Below are positions 20,705 to 33,121 of a stretch of 64,000 nt of DNA, one piece after another. The DNA lies in assembly GCA_964397195.1 (NCBI GenBank), contig CAYNGY010000004.1, positions 1,923-65,922 on the forward strand, written 5' to 3'. The notes beneath the pieces were generated by a model. It was not told where the DNA came from. It worked only from the letters and a program-made list of their open reading frames with translations, and made no database searches. A program made the position numbers and the translations under genes. The stretch's first letter is position 1; the number at the start of each line of letters is the position of its first letter. Origin of the DNA: an uncultured Gammaproteobacteria bacterium (lineage in GTDB: Bacteria; Patescibacteriota; Patescibacteriia; SBBC01; CAIJZX01).

Positions 20705-20731
20705 ACTGTCCCCCTCCTAGTTATATGGTAA

Positions 20732-21157
20732 TTACCCTTCGATCGTGATACCCATGTTGCGGGCCGTGCCTTCAATGATTCGCATCGCCCCGGCTAAATC
20801 TTTAGCGTTCAGGTCAGGCATCTTCTTTTCCGCAATTTCCTGGACTTGTGCTTTGGTCACTTTTCCGACCTTCGTCCGTAGCGGATCGGCGCTCCCTTTT
20901 TCAATCTTCGCCGCTTTCTTTAGTAGCTCGGAAGCCGGCGCGGTTTTCAGGATAAACGAATACGTGCGGTCCTCAAAAACAGTCAGCTCAACCGGCGTGA
21001 CTTCGCCCATTCGATCTTGCGTTGCATCGTTAAAACGCTTGACGAATTCCGCAATATTCAAGCCATGGGGCCCAAGGGCCGTTCCGACTGGCGGAGCCGG
21101 CGTGGCTTTGCCACCCGGAATTTGGAGTTTGATAACGAGTTTGATCTTCTTAGCCAT
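20732..21157 (-). CDS. rplK: 50S ribosomal protein L11
   Basis: [29 protein letters not shown]... typical L11. Confidence 0.9.
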   Translation of the reverse strand: MAKKIKLVIKLQIPGGKATPAPPVGTALGPHGLNIAEFVKRFNDATQDRMGEVTPVELTVFEDRTYSFILKTAPASELLKKAAKIEKGSADPLRTKVGKVTKAQVQEIAEKKMPDLNAKDLAGAMRIIEGTARNMGITIEG

Positions 21158-21213
21158 ACAGATGTGAAATGAGGGAGTTGTCCGTCATGAGAAGCGCATG
21201 ACACACAACATGA

Positions 21214-21759
21214 TTAAACTTTCTTGATTTGAAGGAAATCGAGTTCCACCGGAGTTTCGCGTCCGAACATCGACACCAACACTTTGACCTTGCCGCGACC
21301 TTCGTCAACTTCCGCCACTTTTCCTTCAAAGTCTTTAAACGGACCGTCAACGATTCGCACCGGGCTACCGGCTTCAACGTCAATCTTGTATTTCGGCTCT
21401 TCCACACCCATCCGTTGCATCAAGGCCTTCACTTCCTCCTCGGAAATCGGGGTTGGCGTTGTACCTGAACCGACGAATCCGGTCACGTTCGGCGTATTAC
21501 GCACAACGTACCACGAGTCGTCAGTCACGATCATTTCTACCAAGACGTACCCGGGGAAAAGTTTCTCGGTGATAATCTTGCGCTTACCGTTCTTAATGCG
21601 AATCCGGTTTTCTGTTGGAATCAGCACCGTGAAGATCTTATCCTCCATGTCCATGGATTCGATACGTTGACGGAGGTTACGGGCCACGTTTTCTTCATAC
21701 CCGGAGTAGGTGTGAAGGACGTACCAGCGCTTTCCCTGTTGGAGAACTTGTTTGGCCAT
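21214..21759 (-). CDS. nusG: transcription termination/antitermination factor NusG
   Basis: NGN plus KOW domains (WYVLHTYSGYE..., GPFKDFEGKV). Confidence 0.9.
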   Translation of the reverse strand: MAKQVLQQGKRWYVLHTYSGYEENVARNLRQRIESMDMEDKIFTVLIPTENRIRIKNGKRKIITEKLFPGYVLVEMIVTDDSWYVVRNTPNVTGFVGSGTTPTPISEEEVKALMQRMGVEEPKYKIDVEAGSPVRIVDGPFKDFEGKVAEVDEGRGKVKVLVSMFGRETPVELDFLQIKKV

Positions 21760-21760
21760 G

Positions 21761-21949
21761 TTACTTCAGAATAACGTTCTGGAAAATATAGCTAAAAAGG
21801 AGGTCACATAACCCGAGAAACACCGCCACAAAGAGACTAATCCCAATCACGAGGAGGGTGTTATTTCGAGTTTCCAGCCATCGCGGCCAGCTGACTTTCC
21901 GGAGTTCCTCGAATGATTCGCGGAAGTACCGGCTTAATGATGTTGCCAT
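21761..21949 (-). CDS. secE: preprotein translocase subunit SecE
   Basis: 62 aa, single TM, F.ELRKVSWP motif. Immediately upstream of nusG. Confidence 0.85.
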   Translation of the reverse strand: MATSLSRYFRESFEELRKVSWPRWLETRNNTLLVIGISLFVAVFLGLCDLLFSYIFQNVILK

Positions 21950-21954
21950 AGTAA

Positions 21955-21981
21955 CTCACTTCGAAAAGGCCCTCGGGGCCT
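21955..21981 (-). terminator. intrinsic terminator after the M3 peptidase gene
   Basis: AGGCCC-TCG-GGGCCT hairpin followed on the minus strand by TTTTCGAAG. Confidence 0.45.
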
Positions 21982-22017
21982 CAACAGACCGAAGCATACC
22001 ATGTGGATTTCGGCCTG

Positions 22018-24051
22018 TCAACGTCCCCGGAGGCCGTAATGGCGCTCCAGGGGCCCCAAATCCGGCCCATGCCCCTTCAAGGCGCGAAAAGACGCCTCGC
22101 CAGTCCGACTGCCACCCACCGCCAAGATTTCCTGACGGTACCGACGACCTAATGCCGCCCAATGCTGCGGGTGGCCCCGTAACGGGGCAAAGGCATCAAT
22201 GGCTAATACTTCGGCCCACAGGTATGAGTAATACCCAGCATAGTACCCGTCACTAAAAATGTGACTGAAAGAATTGGGGAACCGATTCGTGCGCGACCAC
22301 GGAACGACACTGTAGTCGCGAAGAATCTGGTGCCAGAGTGTCGTTGCCACTCGGGCCGTAGGTTTTGTCTGTTGGTACAACCGAAGATCGTAGAGCGCAA
22401 ACTGCGTTTGGCGCAAAACGCGCATGGCCGCCATGTACCGTTGCGAGGCCAAGAGTTTTTTTCGCAGATCTGCCGGGAGTTTTTTCGCTCCCGACCGCGC
22501 AAACGTATCCCAAACCGTCGGTTCCCACGCAAACTGCTCAAACCACTGGCTCGGAAGTTCAATCACGTCCCACTCAACACCGTTCATACCGTCAACACCG
22601 GCCACCAGCGAGTCGCTCAGCAAGTGGTGCAAGGCGTGACCGAATTCATGGAACAACTCGGCAACCTCGCTATGGTTCAACCATGTTTCTCCGTTACGAT
22701 CGGGCGCCGGAAGGTTACAGACGATATAGGCCGCACCCGAGTGTAGCTTACCTCGCACCACGCGTCGTGGACGATCCTGGTTCATCCAGGCCCCACCGCG
22801 TTTCTCCGGACGACCGTGGAGGTCCAAGAGGATCTCGCCGCGCTTCCCCTGACGATCGCGGACTGATGCCATCATCAGGCCACGCCGATATCCGTTCGCC
22901 CACGGCGAAATCGTCATCGTCACCCCAAAGACCCGCTCAGCGGTTTTTGCTAATCCGGCTAAAACGGCGCGCATCGGGAAATACTGACGTAAGGCTTCGG
23001 CGGTAATACTGAAACGCTCATGACGGAACCGTTCCGCTACATAATCAACATCCCACGGTTGGAGTTTCGACAGGCCGATCCGAGCGCCATATCGGGACAA
23101 GGCTTGAAATTCAGCTGCGGCCGCTTTTTTTGACCGATGCGCTAAGCGAGTGATGAGGCGTGTCGCGCGTTCAGGGCGCTTCGCCATTCGATCGGCTAAA
23201 CGAGAATGGGCGTACGTGGGGTACCCAAGCAGTCGCGCCATCGCCTGTCGTTCTCGGAGGAGCTGTAAAATAATCGACGCGGTACTCATGGATCGAGGTC
23301 CAAGCTCCGAGGCAACAGCAATCGATTGCTGGTACAGCCGCTCGCGGAGTGACCGGGACGTCGCCGTACGCATCACCACCCCAGATTCGGCCCGACGAAT
23401 AGAAAATCGCCAGCCGGGAAATCCTTGACGTTTCGCTCGCTGCTTGGCGACACGGATAATATCATTTGGAATCCCGTCTAACTCACCGACGTCCGTTACA
23501 TCAACGACGACGGCATTCGTCGCATCAAGTAACCGCTGACTGAAGACCGAACGTAAATTCGCCACAGATCGAAAATGTTTTTCGAGTTTCCGTTTCTTGC
23601 TGGGTGGCAATCCCGCCCCGGCCATATACTGGCAAAAAATCATCCGTTTTAGGGCCCGGCGCTGCACCACCGATAGCCCCGACGTCCGCAGCAAGGCCTC
23701 TCGACGCGCCAACAGGCGTGTCGATTGTTGCTCTCGGGTTGTAAGTTTTGTCATCTCGCGATCACCAAACGTATTGATCTGTTTCCATCGCGGGGCATTT
23801 TCCGTTTGGAAAAAATGATGGCACCGATTCCAATACACCGTCAGTTCATCGTCAACGTTTTGGAACGGTACCACCGTATTTTCCCACGTCGGTTGGGCCG
23901 TATCACCTTCGACAGCCGTGATCACTTTTTTCCAGGCCGTCAGAATTGACTGCAGATGCGACAAAATCTTGGTCGGCTGCTGATGAAACAGCGACACCAT
24001 ATCACCCCAGCTCGGATCGATCGACGGCGTCTTAGACACGCCGTTCTTCAA
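22018..24051 (-). CDS. M3-family zinc metallopeptidase (oligopeptidase A/Dcp-like)
   Basis: HEFGHALHH (HExxH) in an M3 thimet-oligopeptidase context, 677 aa. Confidence 0.75.
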   Translation of the reverse strand: MKNGVSKTPSIDPSWGDMVSLFHQQPTKILSHLQSILTAWKKVITAVEGDTAQPTWENTVVPFQNVDDELTVYWNRCHHFFQTENAPRWKQINTFGDREMTKLTTREQQSTRLLARREALLRTSGLSVVQRRALKRMIFCQYMAGAGLPPSKKRKLEKHFRSVANLRSVFSQRLLDATNAVVVDVTDVGELDGIPNDIIRVAKQRAKRQGFPGWRFSIRRAESGVVMRTATSRSLRERLYQQSIAVASELGPRSMSTASIILQLLRERQAMARLLGYPTYAHSRLADRMAKRPERATRLITRLAHRSKKAAAAEFQALSRYGARIGLSKLQPWDVDYVAERFRHERFSITAEALRQYFPMRAVLAGLAKTAERVFGVTMTISPWANGYRRGLMMASVRDRQGKRGEILLDLHGRPEKRGGAWMNQDRPRRVVRGKLHSGAAYIVCNLPAPDRNGETWLNHSEVAELFHEFGHALHHLLSDSLVAGVDGMNGVEWDVIELPSQWFEQFAWEPTVWDTFARSGAKKLPADLRKKLLASQRYMAAMRVLRQTQFALYDLRLYQQTKPTARVATTLWHQILRDYSVVPWSRTNRFPNSFSHIFSDGYYAGYYSYLWAEVLAIDAFAPLRGHPQHWAALGRRYRQEILAVGGSRTGEASFRALKGHGPDLGPLERHYGLRGR

Positions 24052-25162
24052 AACGGAAGGTCACCATCGCCAGCCCAACCAGAATCACCGACCAACCCAT
24101 CATCCAGTACAAATCACCGGCAATGGCACCAATGCCGGCGCCATTTGCCATGACTTCCCGCAAACCGTGAGTCAGGTATTGGAGAGGTAAATAGTGCACA
24201 ATATGTTGCAGCCACGACGGCATCCCGTCGGTTGGGAAGAACGTGCCACCCAAAAATAACATCGGAAAAACGACGAGGTTCGCTATGGCCGGTACAGATT
24301 CGACAGTATTGGCGAGACCGGAAATGGTAAAACCTAAACCCAAGAACATAATGCTGCCGAGGAGAGCAACGAGCGCGACCAGCCACAACGACCCGTAGAT
24401 ATGCGTATGAAGTAGCCAGACACCAACCGACGTTAGGATCGCTGACTGGACCAAGGCCACAATCAACCGCGTCAAGACTTGGGCGGTCACAAACTGCTGC
24501 GGCTTCATCGGCGTCGCCAACAGACGTTTGAGTATCCCTTTTTCTTTGTAATCGGCAAAAACAAACGCCACCGAAAATACCGCCATCTGCATCAGGGCCA
24601 TACCGACAATACCCGGGAGCAAGAAATCAATGTATTTCGTTGACCGGACGCTCACCTCTTCGGCCCTCAGCGCAAAAAGCTGTGGTGCCCGGGTCATGGC
24701 CAATGTCGTCTTATCGAGGATTTGGTTCATGATGATTTCCACCATCTTGGCCTGCTGCAACTGCCCGACATTCTCCAACACGGTGACTGTCTTTGTGGAA
24801 ACTTGCTGGAGGTTTGCCGCCGACGGTCCGGATGGGATCAAATCGTTCGGGATGAGCAAAACGGCGGCTAATGTGTTCTTCTTGAGCGCGGTCCGGAGCG
24901 ACGCCTCTGTGTCCATGGTCACAGAAATATTCGGCGCCTGCTTCAATTGATCGATAAACTGTTGCGTGCCAGCATTCGGTTCCGCCGCCACAATGCCAAT
25001 CTTCGTTGGGACCACCTTATCGAATCCGACGAACCCAAAAATCGTCATGATCACCAAGGGCATGAACAGCGTAAAAAACAACGACTGTTTATTGCGCACG
25101 AACATCTTCATCGTTGAAATCGTCAGCGCTAGGGTGGTGTTCATCGCCATGGGTTTCGCCAT
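24032..25162 (-). CDS. ABC-2 type transporter permease
   Basis: Six TM segments and an ABC-2 family pattern. Follows the ATPase gene. Confidence 0.75.
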   Translation of the reverse strand: MAKPMAMNTTLALTISTMKMFVRNKQSLFFTLFMPLVIMTIFGFVGFDKVVPTKIGIVAAEPNAGTQQFIDQLKQAPNISVTMDTEASLRTALKKNTLAAVLLIPNDLIPSGPSAANLQQVSTKTVTVLENVGQLQQAKMVEIIMNQILDKTTLAMTRAPQLFALRAEEVSVRSTKYIDFLLPGIVGMALMQMAVFSVAFVFADYKEKGILKRLLATPMKPQQFVTAQVLTRLIVALVQSAILTSVGVWLLHTHIYGSLWLVALVALLGSIMFLGLGFTISGLANTVESVPAIANLVVFPMLFLGGTFFPTDGMPSWLQHIVHYLPLQYLTHGLREVMANGAGIGAIAGDLYWMMGWSVILVGLAMVTFRFEERRV

Positions 25163-25163
25163 A

Positions 25164-26090
25164 CTATTCGCGTAAACTACGACCGGTCAGTTTCAGGAAC
25201 ACATCTTCGAGCGTCGCCTGATGGAGCTGTAAATCGAAGATAGAAAATCCATGTTGGACTTCATAGCTGAAGAGCGCCGGGAGTGTCTTCTCCGGATCAT
25301 TTGTGAGTATCCGATAGGCGTGATCATCACGATCAACCTTTTCCGCACCCGGAAGCGACGCCATCACGCCGTCGGCCGGATGGGCGGTCACATGAAATTC
25401 AACCGTCGAACCAATGTCGGCCAACTTCAATAATTCCGCCGGTGTCCCGAGGGCGATGATTTTTGCGTGGTCCATAATGGCAATCCGGTCACACAACACC
25501 TCGGCTTCTTCCATATAGTGCGTCGTCAGGATAATCGTCTTCCCCTGCTTTTTAATGTCATGGATCAGGTCCCACAAATTCCGTCGCGCCTGCGGATCAA
25601 GGCCGGTTGTGGGTTCATCTAAATAGATCGCCTTAGGGTCATTGACCAGCGCCACGGCGATCGATAAGCGTTGTTTCTGACCGCCGGAAAGTTCTTTGAC
25701 CTGACGTTTGGCTTTTTCTTCGAGCTGGACTTGGCGCAAGAGCGCCATCGGCTCAACCCGTCGTCCGTACAACGCCCCAAAGGTCGTCAGTAATTCAGTC
25801 AGACTCAGGCCATCGAAAAAAGATGAGGCCTGTAATTGAACACCAATCAGGTGTTTGACAGCGTTCGTGTGACGCTGAACATCGAGTCCATCAAAGGTCA
25901 CCTGTCCGGAGGTAATTGGCTTCAATCCTTCAAGCATCTCCAAGGTAGTCGTCTTTCCAGCCCCATTCGGCCCGAGAATGCCAAAGGTTTCGCCACGTCG
26001 CACAGCGAAGGAAATCGCATCAACCGCGACTAGGTCGCCGTACTGTTTCGTCAGTTTCTGCGCTTCAATAATCGTATCCATACCGCCCAC
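25164..26090 (-). CDS. ABC transporter ATP-binding protein
   Basis: Walker A GPNGAGKTT, signature LSGGQKQR, Walker B. Confidence 0.9.
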   Translation of the reverse strand: MGGMDTIIEAQKLTKQYGDLVAVDAISFAVRRGETFGILGPNGAGKTTTLEMLEGLKPITSGQVTFDGLDVQRHTNAVKHLIGVQLQASSFFDGLSLTELLTTFGALYGRRVEPMALLRQVQLEEKAKRQVKELSGGQKQRLSIAVALVNDPKAIYLDEPTTGLDPQARRNLWDLIHDIKKQGKTIILTTHYMEEAEVLCDRIAIMDHAKIIALGTPAELLKLADIGSTVEFHVTAHPADGVMASLPGAEKVDRDDHAYRILTNDPEKTLPALFSYEVQHGFSIFDLQLHQATLEDVFLKLTGRSLRE

Positions 26091-26155
26091 ATCCTAGCAC
26101 ATCAGCGGCCTTCCCCGCAACCACTTTTTACGCAAAAAAGGCCGCCTAGGTTGCC

Positions 26156-26668
26156 CTAGACGGTGTCATCGAAGCGGTACAACGTGGCACTGCGGTAAAC
26201 ATCAGCGACAGACCGCCACGCTTCCCAGACCGATGACGGGATCTGGTAGCAGAGCGGGTTTGGACCATGACCGTTGGTCACGCCCAGGTCACGGGCGATG
26301 TGCTCTCGCGCTTCCGGGGTCCGAACAAAGAGTGACAACGCACCATCCGGCGGAAGCACCAGCGAGATTCGCTTCGCCCAATTCGGGGACACACGAATGG
26401 CCAGATTTCCGGCTAGATAGAGCGTCAGGTAGACGCCGTGAACGCGACACAGTTCGCCGACTTGCCCAACCGTCATGTCCGCTGGAAGATCCGTATTCGG
26501 GATCATCGTCGAAGCCGTCGTCCCATGCACGAGAATGTGCGGCTGTACATTGGGTGCCACTAAGCCAAGTTGTCCTAGTGTCAGATCCGATGACAGATCG
26601 GAAATCGTGTGACGACTGATCGTTTCCGCCACGAGATGCGCAAACTCCGCTGGCGTCCATGCCGCCAT
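26156..26668 (-). CDS. hypothetical protein (170 aa), first gene of the ABC-transporter/M3 peptidase operon
   Basis: ORF with typical codon usage; no recognisable motif. Confidence 0.4.
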   Translation of the reverse strand: MAAWTPAEFAHLVAETISRHTISDLSSDLTLGQLGLVAPNVQPHILVHGTTASTMIPNTDLPADMTVGQVGELCRVHGVYLTLYLAGNLAIRVSPNWAKRISLVLPPDGALSLFVRTPEAREHIARDLGVTNGHGPNPLCYQIPSSVWEAWRSVADVYRSATLYRFDDTV

Positions 26669-26700
26669 CGTCGCTCACCTCCTTTAAGGTACGAGAAAGA

Positions 26701-26913
26701 TTATTGCGAGAGAATACTGTCGATATTGTAGGACTTCAATAACGTCGGCAAGACAATCGCAATTCCGATCAACGGAATCACGGCGAAAGCCACCGTCAGG
26801 ATAATCGTCCATAAAAACATCGTCCGAGCGGAATGGGCCACGCGATAGGTAGCATCAACTTTTTGCTCGAGTACCGTCAGACGTGAATTGAGTTCCGGAT
26901 CCATATCTGGCAC
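26701..26913 (-). CDS. small membrane protein (70 aa)
   Basis: Single TM helix. Adjacent to the next small TM ORF and gyrB. Confidence 0.4.
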   Translation of the reverse strand: MPDMDPELNSRLTVLEQKVDATYRVAHSARTMFLWTIILTVAFAVIPLIGIAIVLPTLLKSYNIDSILSQ

Positions 26914-26914
26914 T

Positions 26915-27163
26915 CTAGCACAGATACGAAGAACCGACGACCGAGAGGTGTAGCTGCTCAGCCGGCCCCGGAATCAAGACAATCAGCCAGCCCACTAAGG
27001 ATAAAATCAGAACCACCAAGGTTAATGCGGCATACCATCGATACGATTGCTCGGCCGCGGGTCGACGAACCGACTGGGATGCATACCACCACAAAAAGAC
27101 CACGCACACACCGATCACCACTGGCAGTCCCCAGCGGAGCGTCGTGAGAATCGTGGTGGCCAT
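26915..27163 (-). CDS. small membrane protein (82 aa, 2 TM)
   Basis: Start 2 nt after the gyrB stop. Confidence 0.4.
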   Translation of the reverse strand: MATTILTTLRWGLPVVIGVCVVFLWWYASQSVRRPAAEQSYRWYAALTLVVLILSLVGWLIVLIPGPAEQLHLSVVGSSYLC

Positions 27164-27164
27164 C

Positions 27165-29276
<2,112 letters not shown>

Positions 29277-29320
29277 CTAAGAATAGCATAAAAGCCCCCG
29301 ACCCGCCAAGCCGTCTCGAC

Positions 29321-29349
29321 TTGACAATCCGGCCATTTTATGATAGTGT
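29321..29349 (+). promoter_or_regulatory. promoter P1 (TTGACA-17-TAGTGT), a copy of the cassette promoter family
   Basis: cTTGACAatCCGGccaTTTtATGATAGTGT aligns with P2 and P3. Confidence 0.5.
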
Positions 29350-29385
29350 CGCGACCGTCCCACCACGTCCACCCGGAGGCTCGTC

Positions 29386-29595
29386 ATGGCCAAGCAAACG
29401 GACACGGCGGCCATGATGGCTACCGCGGATGGGAAGACGGAACTTCCAAGAGAAACCATGCACCCGCTGACGCGCGCCAGGCGCCGTCACCAGGCCGTTA
29501 TGCACCGGCCCGACTCGTCTCTAGCCGCACTGCAGACGCTGCTCCATCAGTGGCACTCCAGTCGTACTGGAACGGATCACCACGGCGCCAATTAA
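29386..29595 (+). other. small ORF (69 aa) or cis-antisense sRNA in a high-GC mini-cassette
   Basis: SD GGAGG 6 nt upstream of the ATG. About 63% GC. Antisense to the 3' end of the 460-aa gene. The predicted peptide is low-complexity, so coding status is uncertain. Confidence 0.3.
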
Positions 29596-30880
29596 CACGC
29601 GCCGCATGCACAAACCCGGGGTCGGCGACCACGAGTTCGCTCGGTCGCCGCCTCCCCCGCCCCTGTGGCACCTCAACTGCACGGGCGGATTTTTGTTCCA
29701 AGAGTCTTTCCAGATGAGCAACCAACGCTACATGATCGACTAAAAACTCCTCTGGTGCCTGACGCTCCTGAAGAACACTGACCTGTTCCCGCAATTGCGT
29801 GAGTAACGCCGCCGGGATTTGCTGTTCCCAGAGATAATCTTTTCGCCAGTCTTCAACTTCGGGTACACCGACTTTTGCCGCTGGGCCAACAGTATCGGCC
29901 GCGCGTTCTAAATAATATCGATTCGACATGGTTTTTATTCGATCTCGGGTGACTGCGAAAACAACTCTAATTCCAGTAGTGTTTTTTGGGACATCGGCGG
30001 TATCGTATTTTGAGGTGACAAATGGATTTGCGACCGAATAGTGCAGCTTCTCTGCTAATGAAGGCAGGCTCCCGGAAACAGTAAAATCTGTCGCTAGACG
30101 AATCTTTCGACTCTGTGCATCATTGGTAACCGGCAATTTAATACTGACCCAGCCATCAAAATGTTGGAGAACATCCGAATGCTCATTTGTAGGACTAACC
30201 TGAACCTCAGTGTTATCACCAAGGGCTTGTGAATCAGCTAACTGTTGGAAGAACGACAGTTCGAGTTGTTCGTTCTCACGCATTTCTTCCTTACTAATCT
30301 CGTGAGTAAGGCCACCTTGAAACTCTCTATAAGTCTTTTCTCGAACCATATCAAGACTCTCCGCATCTCGTTCAGAGAAAGTTATTGGCTCACCATCCGG
30401 CCCATGTGTCGCCCGTGTATTCCAAGATATTTGGTCAAGTTGTCCTTGCCGTGTCGCCTCTGCCTCAAGCTGAACCCCAATCTCTCGTTCTCGTTCCGCC
30501 ATTGCCGCCGCCTGATGCGCGAATCGAGCCTCGACTTCTCGGGCCTGCCATAGGCTAAACTTTTTTTCCTGTTCGCGAATATTCCAAATGTAATCCCGGT
30601 CGGTCAGCGCCTTGATTCTTGGCTTCTTTAGCGTGCCATCGAGAATGAGCTTTCTCCGATATGCCTCAGCTATATCGTCCGTTGTTTGCGCCTCGGTAAA
30701 CCCAGCCGCTCGTTCTTGCTCGACCAATGCCGATTCAAATGATCGTATGGCCTGCATTCGAGCATCACCTGCCATACTCTCAATGGAGAGTAAAAACTCC
30801 TGCACCGCCTCGGGCGTGGTCAGAACCGTATCTGACGCGACTGGTTCAGTTTCAGTGGCGAATTCCTCTTCAGTGCTCAT
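29498..30880 (-). CDS. hypothetical soluble coiled-coil protein (460 aa), ATGA-coupled to pheT
   Basis: No TM segments and a central Glu/Arg-rich coiled coil. The last 80 or so codons lie in the high-GC mini-cassette and may be a read-through extension. Confidence 0.5.
   Translation of the reverse strand: MSTEEEFATETEPVASDTVLTTPEAVQEFLLSIESMAGDARMQAIRSFESALVEQERAAGFTEAQTTDDIAEAYRRKLILDGTLKKPRIKALTDRDYIWNIREQEKKFSLWQAREVEARFAHQAAAMAEREREIGVQLEAEATRQGQLDQISWNTRATHGPDGEPITFSERDAESLDMVREKTYREFQGGLTHEISKEEMRENEQLELSFFQQLADSQALGDNTEVQVSPTNEHSDVLQHFDGWVSIKLPVTNDAQSRKIRLATDFTVSGSLPSLAEKLHYSVANPFVTSKYDTADVPKNTTGIRVVFAVTRDRIKTMSNRYYLERAADTVGPAAKVGVPEVEDWRKDYLWEQQIPAALLTQLREQVSVLQERQAPEEFLVDHVALVAHLERLLEQKSARAVEVPQGRGRRRPSELVVADPGFVHAARVNWRRGDPFQYDWSATDGAASAVRLETSRAGA
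29623..29695 (+). terminator. tandem hairpins plus T-tract ending the P1 transcript
   Basis: GGCGACCACGAGTTCGCTCGGTCGCC hairpin, then CCGCCC...GGGCGG followed by ATTTTTGTT. Confidence 0.4.
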
Positions 30881-33120
30881 GAACGCTCAACGACTCGCAT
30901 TGATGCTAAGGTCGTGATAACTTTTTTCATCGCCCGATCAACCTCGTCTTTCGTCAGGGTGCGAGATGCATCTTGAAAAACCAAGCGTAAGGTCATTCCG
31001 CGTTGTCCGGCGTCGCGAATCGCATCAATCGCCGTCACATCGGCCAATGACGCTATTTGGGCCTGCAATAATCGTTCACGAGCCGCCCGGAAAGTCAGAT
31101 CCGCCGGCATCGTGACCGCAACATCGCGAATAATGTCCGGGTGCTCTGACGGCGGGATAAACACCCGTGGTCGCCGCGATGTCAGAATCTCCCGACAGCC
31201 TATTTCAGCCCAAGCGAGTCGGCGTCCTTTATTTTCCATGGTCAGAATCTGCGGCACGGCATTCGTCCCCATAGCCGTCATGAATTCATGAACGACCCCT
31301 AAGATAGCCCATTCCGGAGCGAGCGTCGGCGATTCTTTGCGTGCCACCCCGATCATCACTTTCCAGGGCTGGCGCGTTTCAACGTCGCCCTGTCCAGACT
31401 CAAAAACGCGACCGACTTCGAACAGATACGCATCCTCCCCCGCATCAGACGCGCGCACCAGTGCGTTACGCATCGCCGGCCCCAGACTTCGTCGCAAGAA
31501 TTGCTGGGTTTTATCGAGTGGATTCGCCACGGTTACATGATCGCCGCCAACACTGGACGCATCCGCGTGACTGTAGTAGGAATGGGTAATCATTTCGGAA
31601 AAACCCATCGCCGCTAACGTGTCACGAATATCGTCGCCAAGGTGCACGATTGCGGGCAACGCCTCCGGTACCGACGCGACCGACGGCATCACTCGCACTA
31701 CACCCGCATACCCAACCACTTTCCCAATATCATCGAGAATATCCTCTGGACCGCGAACATCAATTCGCCAAGCCGGCACCTTGAGTCGCCACGTTTTCCC
31801 CGTCGCTGCTGTCGTGAAGCCAAGCTGTTGCAGGATTCGCTTCGCCCGCGGGAGTGGTACCGATACGCCAAGGCGCGGCAACCACACCGCCGTATCAAAC
31901 GGTACCGATGCGGTCGATACTTTTTGTTTTCCGACCACGGTCAGGGCCCCAATGGTCACCCGCGAATCAAGCGTGACCATTAAGGCCGCCGTCGCCTCAC
32001 TCACTTCCGTTGGCAAACTTGACCAGAGTCCCCGCTCAAAACGCTTCGATGACTCACTGCCCAGACCAAGCCGACGCGCCGTTCGACGAATCGAGATCGG
32101 ATCAAATATCGCCGCCTCGAGAATGACATCGGTCGTTGTTTCCGTCACTTCGGCTCGCTGGCCACCCATCACTCCCGCAATCGCCACCGGTCCCTGGTCA
32201 TCGGCAATCACCAGCGTCTCCGGCGTCAGCAATCGATCGACACTATCAATCGTCACGATGTGTTCACCCGTCTGCGCCAGCCTGACTACGAGGCTCCCGA
32301 CCACCTTGGCCGCATCAAAGGCATGGAGCGGCTGACCGTACTCAAGCATCATATAATTCGTCACATCAACCATGACGTGAATTGGACGCATCCCCATTGC
32401 CTGGAGTCGTTTCTGCATCCAGAGCGGTGATTGACCGTGCGGGATATTCCGAATATACCGCGCTGTGTACTGCGGACAACCGGCGGAGGTTTTTACCGAC
32501 ACCCGCGGACCTTTTTCCCGGCTGGCCGCCCGGACCTTCTTTACCACTGGTATCACCAGCTGCCGATCAAGAATAGCGCTCGTCTCGCGTGCTAGTCCGC
32601 GAACAGACAGCAGATCGGCTCGATTTGATGGGACCGCGATTTCCATCACCACATCATCAAAACCCATGACGGTCGCAAAGTCGGCACCAACCGGTGCGTC
32701 CGGCGCAAGCACAAGTATACCGGAGTGATCCGAACCGAGGCCTAATTCATCAAGCGCACAGAGCATGCCGTTCGACACCACCCCACGAATCGGACGCGAG
32801 GCAATCGTCACGCCGTTCGGCAGTGTCGTGCCGAGTGTCGCCACCGCCACGCGTTGCCCAATCGCGATGTTCGGCGCACCGCACACAATTTCTTCCGGTT
32901 GACCGGCGGGACGGAGCCGGACCATGGCCAATCGTAATTTATCCGCCTGCGGGTGCGGTCGAATCGCAGTAATCTCTCCGACCACAACCCCATCGAATGC
33001 GTGACGACGATCCTCAATATTCTCCACTTCCAATCCATGCATCGTCAATAACTCCGGCAGCGCTTCCGCGGTCGGAAGTTTCGGGATATACGATCGTAAC
33101 CAAGAATAGGAGAGTCGCAT
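30877..33120 (-). CDS. pheT: phenylalanyl-tRNA synthetase beta subunit
   Basis: tRNA-binding, B3/B4, B5 and class II-like catalytic-like domains. Confidence 0.9.
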   Translation of the reverse strand: MRLSYSWLRSYIPKLPTAEALPELLTMHGLEVENIEDRRHAFDGVVVGEITAIRPHPQADKLRLAMVRLRPAGQPEEIVCGAPNIAIGQRVAVATLGTTLPNGVTIASRPIRGVVSNGMLCALDELGLGSDHSGILVLAPDAPVGADFATVMGFDDVVMEIAVPSNRADLLSVRGLARETSAILDRQLVIPVVKKVRAASREKGPRVSVKTSAGCPQYTARYIRNIPHGQSPLWMQKRLQAMGMRPIHVMVDVTNYMMLEYGQPLHAFDAAKVVGSLVVRLAQTGEHIVTIDSVDRLLTPETLVIADDQGPVAIAGVMGGQRAEVTETTTDVILEAAIFDPISIRRTARRLGLGSESSKRFERGLWSSLPTEVSEATAALMVTLDSRVTIGALTVVGKQKVSTASVPFDTAVWLPRLGVSVPLPRAKRILQQLGFTTAATGKTWRLKVPAWRIDVRGPEDILDDIGKVVGYAGVVRVMPSVASVPEALPAIVHLGDDIRDTLAAMGFSEMITHSYYSHADASSVGGDHVTVANPLDKTQQFLRRSLGPAMRNALVRASDAGEDAYLFEVGRVFESGQGDVETRQPWKVMIGVARKESPTLAPEWAILGVVHEFMTAMGTNAVPQILTMENKGRRLAWAEIGCREILTSRRPRVFIPPSEHPDIIRDVAVTMPADLTFRAARERLLQAQIASLADVTAIDAIRDAGQRGMTLRLVFQDASRTLTKDEVDRAMKKVITTLASMRVVERS

Positions 33121-33121
33121 A

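Noticed and set aside
26091-26155. Intrinsic terminator after ORF 26156..26668
   Set aside because: The CTAGG-GCAA-CCTAG hairpin is separated from the T-tract by 6 nt, and an overlapping TGcTAGGAT promoter for the ABC genes fits better. Ambiguous, so not listed as a feature.
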